Assembly: GCA_030639035.1 (NCBI GenBank)
Contig: DAOWDM010000191.1
Coordinates: 1 to 46,351 of the forward strand
From: Alphaproteobacteria bacterium
GTDB lineage: Bacteria > Pseudomonadota > Alphaproteobacteria > DAOWDM01
Direction: 5' to 3'
Length of the DNA stretch: 46,351 nucleotides
The notes beneath the pieces are model-generated. The model was not told the origin of the DNA. It worked only from the letters and a program-made list of their open reading frames with translations, and did no database searches. Below, in pieces: positions 37,760 through 44,390 of this stretch (positions are counted from its first letter, which is position 1; each line of letters begins with the position of its first letter). The position numbers and the translations under genes were made by a program.

Positions 37760-38392
37760 TTACTGGCTCACCCATAGAACTCTTGCAATCCACATGACTT
37801 TTTCTTTTGGAATAGTGCGGTCAGGGTGTTCAGGATTTAAGGATTTTAATTCTATTTGCATAGCTGTTTCACGCCGCAGTTCTTTGACCATAACTTCGCC
37901 TTCAGAAGTTCTAACCACAACTCTATCGCCACGTCTTATGGAGCTTTCAGGGGAAATAAGAAGCCTGTCTCCGTCTCGATATGCAGGTTCCATACTGCTT
38001 CCGCTTACTTCAAGGGCGTAAGCATTCGGGTCTTTGACATCAGGAAAATCTATGCCGTCCCAGCCTTCACTTCCTGCAGGATAACCAGCGTCATCAAAAT
38101 ACCCATCGTTTCCAGCCTGAGCGAAACCAATCAGCGGAATAGTATGAGCTGGTCCTGTATATTGTCCTTCTTCAGCATAACTTGCGAATTCAAATATTGA
38201 CATTTCAGCCGAACGTAGAAGCTTGTTAATGCTTTCCATGGACGGCCACCGTTTACGCCCCTCGGAACTGAATCGCTTGCTTTTATTAAATGCAGTTGGG
38301 TCAAGCCCAGCTTTTTTTGCAAGAGAAGAGGGGGAAACTCCCTTGATTTCAGCGAGTTTGTCAATGGCTTTCCATATCTCAGAATGTTTCAT
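37760..38392 (-). CDS. HTH + S24 peptidase repressor (CI/LexA-like, COG2932-type)
   Basis: The N-terminal HTH is VSPSSLAKKAGLDPTAFNKSKR. The C-terminal S24 autoprotease has the Ser context VSGSSMEPAYRDGDRLLISP and the Lys context VMVKEL. It is divergent from the phage-like genes. Confidence 0.85.
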   Translation of the reverse strand: MKHSEIWKAIDKLAEIKGVSPSSLAKKAGLDPTAFNKSKRFSSEGRKRWPSMESINKLLRSAEMSIFEFASYAEEGQYTGPAHTIPLIGFAQAGNDGYFDDAGYPAGSEGWDGIDFPDVKDPNAYALEVSGSSMEPAYRDGDRLLISPESSIRRGDRVVVRTSEGEVMVKELRRETAMQIELKSLNPEHPDRTIPKEKVMWIARVLWVSQ

Positions 38393-38431
38393 TGGTAAAT
38401 TCCTTTATTAAGATTTTCTACCTTAACTAGT

Positions 38432-38523
38432 ATAATACATAGGAAGTAAAATTATGCAATAGGAAAATATACTTAAATAAAGGTTGACATTCCTTGCTAC
38501 CAAGCATAGAACGTTGTTTCTAT
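38432..38523. promoter_or_regulatory. putative divergent promoter/operator region (genetic-switch-like)
   Basis: The rightward promoter has TTGACA (38484-38489), a 17-nt spacer and TAGAAC (38507-38512). The leftward promoter has TTGCAT (complement of 38454-38459), a 16-nt spacer and TATTAT (complement of 38432-38437). The half-site-like motif ATAGGAA occurs at 38439 and 38459, exactly 20 bp apart. The imperfect palindrome ATAGAA-N6-TTCTAT (38506-38523) overlaps the rightward -10. Confidence 0.4.
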
Positions 38524-38549
38524 TATTCGTTTAGATTGAAAGGTGAAAA

Positions 38550-38915
38550 ATGTCAGGTAGAAAAATATGTCCTCGTCCAATAGCAGAAACTCAAGTTGCT
38601 TTGTTCGAAAATTCAGAAGAAGCGTGGTTTTGGTATTGTCGTTCTCAAATACTTCGTGATTCAGGAGCAAGGCTTTCAGGAAATGATAATATTGCAGCAC
38701 GTCCTTGTGATGCAGATGATATATACAAAGCTGTAAAGTCTTTGCTTATAGCTGGTCGTTTGCGGAAATATCATTTAAAAACACTGTTGAAATTTGGCTA
38801 TTTATCGACTCCGCCAGATGATAGAGTTTCAGAGCAGAAAAAAGAATCGGGCTGGTGGAAAGAAGCACTGAACTTGCTTTCAACCATACTCCGACAAAAA
38901 AGAATGTTGCTGTAA
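38550..38915 (+). CDS. hypothetical phage-associated early protein
   Basis: This is a 121-aa ORF and the first gene transcribed away from the repressor. Its stop overlaps the next ATG (TAATG at 38913-38917). A possible helix-turn-helix-like segment is DDIYKAVKSLLIAGRLRKYHLKTLLKFG. I recognise no family. Confidence 0.5.
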   Translation: MSGRKICPRPIAETQVALFENSEEAWFWYCRSQILRDSGARLSGNDNIAARPCDADDIYKAVKSLLIAGRLRKYHLKTLLKFGYLSTPPDDRVSEQKKESGWWKEALNLLSTILRQKRMLL

Positions 38916-39337
38916 TGGATAATATCGCAACATATAAAGGCTGGCAGAAAGTATTTGTTGTTTTTAGCGGAGAAACAAATCTGTGGTGGTTGAAAATGCT
39001 AAAATCTGGTTTCAAACATTGCTTTGTTTCTTTGTATGATAATGGGCAGTGGGTGATTGTTGATCCAATGGCTCACCGCACAGAAATTGCGATTCTATCC
39101 GTTTCAGAGGGGTTTGATTTGATTTCTTGGTATAAATCTAAAGGAATGACTGTAGTGGAAACAGAAATTAAAACAGCTGTTTATTATTCTGCTCCATTTG
39201 GCTTTTTTTCTTGCGTAGAAGCAGTTAAGAGAGTTCTTGGTATCCACAAGAGAGGCATATATTCCCCGTATAAGTTGTATTTATTCCTAAAAAAGAAAGA
39301 AAACGGAAAAAAGTCCTTGACATTTGGAAATAAATGA
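38915..39337 (+). CDS. hypothetical protein, possible permuted NlpC/P60-LRAT-like thiol hydrolase
   Basis: The start is set at ATG 38915 (MDNIATYKGW), coupled to the upstream stop. The His block KHCFVSLYDNGQWVIVDP resembles the LRAT/H-Rev107 block HWAIYVGDGYVVHLAP as I recall it. A later Cys block, FFSCVEAVKRVLG, resembles the NCEHFV position. Confidence 0.5.
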   Translation: MDNIATYKGWQKVFVVFSGETNLWWLKMLKSGFKHCFVSLYDNGQWVIVDPMAHRTEIAILSVSEGFDLISWYKSKGMTVVETEIKTAVYYSAPFGFFSCVEAVKRVLGIHKRGIYSPYKLYLFLKKKENGKKSLTFGNK

Positions 39338-39410
39338 GATACTAATAATTCATCGAACGGGACAATTGCGTCTAAAACGTTTTTTGTTTTTACTTTTGCT
39401 CTTTCCTTCA

Positions 39411-39511
39411 CTGTCATTCTGAATTTAATTCAGAATCTATCTTTTTTAGATGTGAGTGAAAATGGATCCTGAATCAAGTTCAGGATGACAGTGGAGTTTG
39501 ACAGAATGACG
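39411..39511. repeat. palindromic MITE-like element, type A variant plus extra terminus fragment
   Basis: 39411-39491 is CTGTCATTCTGAATTTAATTCAGAATC...GGATCCTGAATCAAGTTCAGGATGACAG. It is in the same orientation as the 35571 copy. A GTGGAGTT tail follows, then a second terminus fragment, ACAGAATGACG (39501-39511). Confidence 0.75.
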
Positions 39512-39536
39512 TAAGTGGAGTTCGCAACAACAATAG

Positions 39537-39568
39537 AAAGCTGGGAGGGAAACCTTTCAGCTTTTTTT
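39537..39568 (+). terminator. strong rho-independent terminator 31 nt upstream of the portal ATG
   Basis: AAAGCTGGGAGG-GAAA-CCTTTCAGCTTT forms a 12-bp stem (two G-U pairs) with a GAAA tetraloop (39537-39564). It runs directly into a T7 tract (39562-39568). Confidence 0.7.
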
Positions 39569-39599
39569 ATGGAAATTTTTTATTTGGAGAATCTGTCGT

Positions 39600-41066
39600 A
39601 TGGACGAGAAAATTGAAGTCCTTATCAGAAGATATAACAAAGCCAAAGAAAGACGCTCATCATGGGAAAGTCATTGGCGTGAATGTTATGAATACGCTCT
39701 GCCACAAAGGGGTGGTGTTCTTTCGTCTGAATCAATCGGAGGAAAAAAGACCGATAAATTATTTGACGGTACTGCTCCTGATGCGGTTGATCAGCTTTCG
39801 GCAAGCCTTTTGTCTCAGTTGACACCGCCTTGGGCTAGGTGGTTTGGGCTGACGGCTGGCTCTGATTTATCTCCTGAAGAGCGAGATGAAGCAGGTGAAA
39901 TGCTGGACAAGGCAGGGGATATTTTACGCTCTAATTTTGACCGTTCAAATTTTGCGGTTGAGATGCACCAGTGTTTTTTAGACTTGGTAACGGTAGGAAC
40001 TGCTTCATTGCTTTTTGAAGAGTCTCCTTTGGGTGAGTCTAGTGCTTTTCGTTTTACGGCAGTTCCTTTGTCAGAATTAGCTGTTGAAGAAGGTGCTGGA
40101 GGGCGGATTGATACGACTTTTAGGCGTACAGAAATAACTTTGGAAATATTAAAAGTTCGTTTTCCAGCAGCAGAACTTCCGCCAGAACTTCTAGCGAGAA
40201 TGAAAAAAGAACCTGATTACAGGGTTGTTGTTATTGAAGCTGTTGTTCCTAGAATGACAGAAACAGGGCAGAACGGCTTTTCATATACGGCTTTTATTGA
40301 AGAAGATGCGGTAATTTTGAAAGAGGGAGTTTTTGACAACTCACCGTTTATAAATTTCCGCTGGCTTAAAGCTCCCGGTGAGATTTACGGCAGGTCGCCT
40401 GTAATGAAGTCTCTGCCTGATATAAAAACTGCCAACAAAGTTGTAGAGCTTGTTTTGAAGAATGCAACTATTGCAGTAACTGGAATTTGGCAGGCGGACG
40501 ATGACGGAGTGCTGAATCCTGCAAATATTAAGCTTGTTCCAGGTTCGATAATTCCAAAGGCTGTTGGTTCAAAAGGACTTACTCCTCTTGAAGCTCCAGG
40601 GCGTTTTGATATTTCTGAAATTGTGCTTGATGATTTAAGAAGCCGTATCCGTCATGCAATGCTTGTTGACCGTCTTGCACAGACAAATGCTCCTGCAATG
40701 TCTGCAACGGAAGTTTTAGAACGTTCTGCGGAAGTCGGGCGGATTCTGGGGGCTACTTACGGACGGCTTCAGTCAGAACTGCTTACTCCTCTGGTGTTGA
40801 GGGCGGTTGCTATTTTGCGGAGGCGTGGTGAAATTCCTGATTTAATAGTCGATGGTCGAATGGTTGAACTTCAGTACAAGTCACCTCTTGCATTGCAGCA
40901 GTCAAGACAGGACGCAAATAATATTGTCATGTGGCTTGATACGGTATCGAAAATGGGGGAGGAAGCTGCAAAAACCATAAATTCAGGTGCTGCTGCTCGT
41001 TGGCTAGGGCGGATTTTAGGAGTTCCTTCCGAACTCATAAACGAAACAGGAGGTGAAAATGTTTGA
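39600..41066 (+). CDS. phage portal (head-to-tail connector) protein, T7 gp8-like
   Basis: The N-terminal block is RRSSWESHWRECYEYALPQR. The blocks GEIYGRSPV and RLQSELLTPLVLR parallel T7 gp8 GESYGRSYI and ILSQELQLPLVRV, recalled from memory. The size is 488 aa. It is the first gene of the virion module. Confidence 0.88.
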   Translation: MDEKIEVLIRRYNKAKERRSSWESHWRECYEYALPQRGGVLSSESIGGKKTDKLFDGTAPDAVDQLSASLLSQLTPPWARWFGLTAGSDLSPEERDEAGEMLDKAGDILRSNFDRSNFAVEMHQCFLDLVTVGTASLLFEESPLGESSAFRFTAVPLSELAVEEGAGGRIDTTFRRTEITLEILKVRFPAAELPPELLARMKKEPDYRVVVIEAVVPRMTETGQNGFSYTAFIEEDAVILKEGVFDNSPFINFRWLKAPGEIYGRSPVMKSLPDIKTANKVVELVLKNATIAVTGIWQADDDGVLNPANIKLVPGSIIPKAVGSKGLTPLEAPGRFDISEIVLDDLRSRIRHAMLVDRLAQTNAPAMSATEVLERSAEVGRILGATYGRLQSELLTPLVLRAVAILRRRGEIPDLIVDGRMVELQYKSPLALQQSRQDANNIVMWLDTVSKMGEEAAKTINSGAAARWLGRILGVPSELINETGGENV

Positions 41067-41313
41067 ATCAGGCTGGTCGTGGATAAATGGAACTTCTGAG
41101 GAGGAAAAAAATCCTGATGAGAAAGATGTAACTGTCAGTTTTGCAAGGTGTTTTTCCAGCAGAGACGGCGAGAAAGCTCTTTCATACTTAAAGTCTATAA
41201 CGTCAGGGCGTTGCTTATCACCTGAAGTCAATGCAGAAGTCCTACGGCATTTAGAAGGACAGCGATGCCTTGTTTCCCATATTTCAATGCTGATTGAAAA
41301 AGGGAAAAGTTAA
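41059..41313 (+). CDS. hypothetical small phage protein
   Basis: The ATG at 41059 has AGGAGG 5 nt upstream and overlaps the portal stop (ATGTTTGA). The product is about 84 aa. I recognise no family. Confidence 0.45.
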   Translation: MFESGWSWINGTSEEEKNPDEKDVTVSFARCFSSRDGEKALSYLKSITSGRCLSPEVNAEVLRHLEGQRCLVSHISMLIEKGKS

Positions 41314-41345
41314 GGTGAAACGTTAGTGTCTGAATTCACTTCGTT

Positions 41346-41430
41346 GTCATTCTCAGCCCAAAGGGCTGGGAATCCAGACTTACTAAACAGAAAAAGGACT
41401 GGATTCCCAAGCCTACGGCTTGAGAATGAC
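41346..41430. repeat. palindromic MITE-like element, type B (full length)
   Basis: The sequence is GTCATTCTCAGCC-CAAAGGGCTGGGAATCCAGAC...GGACTGGATTCCCAAGCCTACGGCTTGAGAATGAC. It has nested inverted repeats: outer GTCATTCTCA/TGAGAATGAC and inner GGGAATCCAG/CTGGATTCCC. Confidence 0.8.
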
Positions 41431-41482
41431 GATTTGTGGTAGTCATTAAAAAACAAAAAATAACCAAAAGGAGAAAAAACTT

Positions 41483-42136
41483 ATGAATAACGAAAATATT
41501 ACTCAGAAACCTGAGAACGTACCTGAAAAATTTTGGGATAATGAGGTCGGTTCAGTTCGGATTGAATCATTGCTTAAATCATATCAAGAACTTGAAAAGA
41601 AATTAGGTTCTATGGTTTCTATGCCTAAAGTGCCTGAAAAGGCTGAAGATTACTCTATTGAAATAAGCCATGAGAAGCTTGAGGAAGATAAAGAAGTAAA
41701 TGAAATGCTTCACAAAGCAGGTTTTACTCCTGAACAGGTACAGCTTGTTTATGACTTGGCGGCTGAAAAACTTATGCCTGTAATTGAAAATATTGCAGCT
41801 GAATATGACACTAATAATCAGATTGAAAAACTTGTAAATCATTTCGGCAGTAAAGAAAAATGGGAGCAGGTTTCAAGACAGCTTAATGCTTGGGGACAGA
41901 AGAACCTGTCGGAAAACATTTTAGAAGCTCTTAGTTCTTCATATGAAGGAGTAATAACGCTTCACAAAATGATGACCTCAGAAGAACCAAGCATTAACGG
42001 AGGAAGTCAGCCAACAGACGGGCTGTTAAATGAACAACAGCTTAAAGGCATGATGAAAGATGCCAAATACTGGAGAGACGGCGACCCTGCTTATGTTGCG
42101 AAGGTAACGGCAGGATTTAAACGGCTTTATAAGTAG
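41483..42136 (+). CDS. probable capsid scaffolding protein
   Basis: This is an acidic, helical 217-aa protein located between the portal and major capsid genes, which is the gp9 position in T7-type modules. The assignment is positional and compositional. Confidence 0.6.
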   Translation: MNNENITQKPENVPEKFWDNEVGSVRIESLLKSYQELEKKLGSMVSMPKVPEKAEDYSIEISHEKLEEDKEVNEMLHKAGFTPEQVQLVYDLAAEKLMPVIENIAAEYDTNNQIEKLVNHFGSKEKWEQVSRQLNAWGQKNLSENILEALSSSYEGVITLHKMMTSEEPSINGGSQPTDGLLNEQQLKGMMKDAKYWRDGDPAYVAKVTAGFKRLYK

Positions 42137-42172
42137 AAAAAATCGTTTAACTCCGCTGTTACCACACCACTA

Positions 42173-42362
42173 CCGTCATGCTGAACTTGTTTCAGTATCC
42201 ACTTTTCTTCTTTTTCCACCAAAAAAGGAGATCCTGAAATGAATTCAGGATGACAGCGTGGTTGGTGGAGACAACAAACTCTCTGCCGTCATATTGAGGA
42301 GCAAAGCGACGTGAATATCTCGCATAAGAGATTCTCACGGGCTAAAGCCCTCAGAATGACGG
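42173..42362. repeat. two adjacent palindromic MITE-like elements (type A 42173-42257, type C 42286-42362)
   Basis: Type A is CCGTCATGCTGAACTTGTTTCAGTATCC...AAAAAAGGAGATCCTGAAATGAATTCAGGATGACAGC. Type C is CCGTCATATTGAGGAGCAAAGCGACG...CACGGGCTAAAGCCCTCAGAATGACGG. Both are followed by GTGG-rich tails (GTGGTTGGTGGAG and TGGAGTTGGTGGAGGGG) and preceded by CCACACCAC. Confidence 0.8.
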
Positions 42363-42513
42363 TGGAGTTGGTGGAGGGGTAATTTAAGGACAATCGGAAA
42401 ATCCGACCCTTTGTATATGCACATTGTTTGTGGCGGATATGACCTTATCCACAACTACAGGCAATGTTTTTTCAAAAACTATAAATTTTTAACAAACAAA
42501 GGGAGGGGACATA

Positions 42514-43347
42514 ATGTCCACTACAGTAGATCAATCATTTGTAAAACAGTTTGAAGCAGAAGTTCATATTGCATATCAGCAGATGGGCTCAAAACTAAGA
42601 GGAACAGTTCGTTCTAAAAACAACGTAAAAGGCTCTTCAACTACTTTTCAGAAAGTAGGCAAAGGAACTGCAAGCGTTAAGGCAAGGCATGGTCTTGTGC
42701 CTGTGATGAGTATTGACCACACTCCTGTTGAGTGTTCGCTATATGATTATTATGCAGGCGATTGGGTTGATGCTTTGGACGAGTTAAAAGTCAGCCTTGA
42801 TGAACGCCGTGTAATTGCAAGTGCTGGAGCTTATGCTTTGGGCAGAAAAACGGACGACCTGATTATTGACGGTCTAGCAGATGCTACAGAGACAGTTGGC
42901 GACTATTCTACAGGTCTTACAAAAGGCTTGATTCTTTCAGCTTTTGAGAAACTCAACAATGTAGATGTTCCTGATGACGGACAGCGTTTTGGTATTGTTG
43001 GAGCTCATCAATGGAATGAACTTCTTAACATTTCTGAGTTTTCAGATTCTGGCTTTATCGGGGAAGAATACCCATGGCTCAAAGGTACTGAAAGCCGTAA
43101 ATGGCTTGGTATAGTATGGATTTTACATACTGGTTTGCCTTTGGCTGATACGGATAATCGAGACTGTTTCATCTATCACAAAACGGCTGTAGGTCATGCT
43201 TCAGGGCAGGACGTGAAAACTGATGTTACATGGCATGGTGATCACGCAGCTCATTTCGTTAACAATTCAATGAGTCAAGGTGCTTCTCTTATCGATGCAA
43301 CAGGTATCGTTAAGATTAAAGTCGATGATGACGCAGCTATTAGCTAA
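42514..43347 (+). CDS. major capsid protein, T7 gp10-like (short form)
   Basis: It has a strong RBS (AAAGGGAGGGG). The N-terminal block FVKQFEAEVHIAYQ..RGTVRSKNNVKGSSTTFQKVGKGTA parallels T7 gp10 FLKVFGGEVLTAFAR..RHMVRSISSGKSAQFPVLGRTQA. The later block IYHKTAVGHA parallels FMHRSAVGTV. Both T7 sequences are from memory. Confidence 0.85.
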   Translation: MSTTVDQSFVKQFEAEVHIAYQQMGSKLRGTVRSKNNVKGSSTTFQKVGKGTASVKARHGLVPVMSIDHTPVECSLYDYYAGDWVDALDELKVSLDERRVIASAGAYALGRKTDDLIIDGLADATETVGDYSTGLTKGLILSAFEKLNNVDVPDDGQRFGIVGAHQWNELLNISEFSDSGFIGEEYPWLKGTESRKWLGIVWILHTGLPLADTDNRDCFIYHKTAVGHASGQDVKTDVTWHGDHAAHFVNNSMSQGASLIDATGIVKIKVDDDAAIS

Positions 43348-43362
43348 TAGGAGAATAAAAAT

Positions 43363-43632
43363 ATGGCTTTTTCAAACAATAATTTGAGTGTGCTTAGTTA
43401 CGCAAACGGTTTCACTCTATGGCATTACGTTACAACCGATACTGCTGCAACCGTTGATACCTCAGGGTATTTCAACAACGCATCAGACGTTGTCCGAGTT
43501 GGGGATATTGTTATCGCTAATGCAGACACAGCAGGAACTCCTGCAACAGGACTAATGCTGATTTCAAGCAACGACAACGGTGTTGTTGATGTGGACGATA
43601 TGACAGGTATTGGCGGAACTGATACGGATTAA
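43363..43632 (+). CDS. hypothetical small virion-module protein
   Basis: This is an 89-aa Thr/Asp/Gly-rich ORF 15 nt after the capsid stop. It shares its 15-nt translation initiation region with the gp11-like gene. Confidence 0.5.
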   Translation: MAFSNNNLSVLSYANGFTLWHYVTTDTAATVDTSGYFNNASDVVRVGDIVIANADTAGTPATGLMLISSNDNGVVDVDDMTGIGGTDTD

Positions 43633-43666
43633 TTGTATTGTTCCTACCACTACTAGTCCCCCTCTT

Positions 43667-43757
43667 CGTCATGCTGAACTTGTTTCAGTATCTACTTTCT
43701 TCGTTTTATACCAAAAAGGAGATCCTGAACTAAATTCAGGATGACGGTGGGGGGGGG
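43667..43757. repeat. palindromic MITE-like element, type A, with G9 tail
   Basis: 43667-43692 (CGTCATGCTGAACTTGTTTCAGTATC) is identical to 42174-42199. The element ends at ...GGAGATCCTGAACTAAATTCAGGATGACGG (43747). It is flanked by CCCCC (43657-43661) on the left and by a G9 homopolymer (43749-43757) on the right. Confidence 0.8.
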
Positions 43758-43820
43758 TAATGACGTGTGTGTGGTGTGAGGACAGTAATAAAAATTTCAA
43801 TACAATAGGAGAATAAAAGC

Positions 43821-44390
43821 ATGGCACTTAGCAGTATTGCGTTGTGTTCTCGGGCTTTGTTGAAGGTTGGGGCTAATACTATATCATCTTTTGATGAGGG
43901 AACGGCAGAGGCTGAAATTGCGGTTAATTTGTATCCGTCAGTCAGAGATGCTTTGATTTCTTCTCACCCTTGGAGCTTTGCTCTTGCACAGGCTTCATTG
44001 CCTAGATTAACGGCAGAACCTGTTGCAGATTTTGACTTTGCGTTTCAGCTTCCAACTGATTTCTTGCGTGTAATGTCAGCAGGAATAGCAGGGCGGGGAC
44101 GTGGAGCAAATTATCGGCTTGCTGAAAATAAGCTACATACAAACGTATCGCAGGTAGTTCTTACATACGTTTTCAGACCTGATGAGATGATTTTTCCTGC
44201 ATTTTTTGATCAGGTGCTTATTTCAAGACTGGCAGCGGAATTCTGCCTGCCTTTGACTGAAAGCACCAGCAGGGCTGAATTTCTTATCAAAATTTCAGAA
44301 GAAGAATTTAGAAGGGCAAAACTCATTGATGCTCAACAGGGAATCCCTGAGGCTATTGATGACTTTCCATTGATAGAGGTGCGTTCATGA
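43821..44390 (+). CDS. tail tubular protein A, T7 gp11-like
   Basis: The size is 189 aa. The N-terminal pattern ALLKVGANTISSFDEGTAEAEIAVNLYPSVRDALISSHPWSFA parallels T7 gp11 [43 protein letters not shown], recalled from memory. It sits in the gp11 position after the capsid gene. Confidence 0.72.
   Translation: MALSSIALCSRALLKVGANTISSFDEGTAEAEIAVNLYPSVRDALISSHPWSFALAQASLPRLTAEPVADFDFAFQLPTDFLRVMSAGIAGRGRGANYRLAENKLHTNVSQVVLTYVFRPDEMIFPAFFDQVLISRLAAEFCLPLTESTSRAEFLIKISEEEFRRAKLIDAQQGIPEAIDDFPLIEVRS

Noticed and set aside
38506-38523. Possibility that the operator-like palindrome is a host LexA (SOS) box.
   Set aside because: The alphaproteobacterial SOS box as I recall it is a GTTC-N7-GTTC direct repeat (GAAC-N7-GAAC on the other strand). 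Only one GAAC/GTTC unit is present (AGAACGTTGTTTCTAT). The site more likely belongs to the adjacent S24 repressor.
43330-43365. A T7 10A/10B-style programmed frameshift at the end of the capsid gene.
   Set aside because: The capsid ORF ends in TAA. An independent strong RBS and the ATG of a separate 89-aa ORF follow. I see no slippery heptamer and no extended overlapping frame.
39411-43757. Possibility that the repeated palindromic sequences are a CRISPR array.
   Set aside because: The copies are heterogeneous subtypes of 80-100 bp with internal hairpins. They are irregularly spaced (0.03-1.9 kb) with protein-coding genes between them, and no cas genes are present. They are dispersed MITE-like elements, not a repeat-spacer array.
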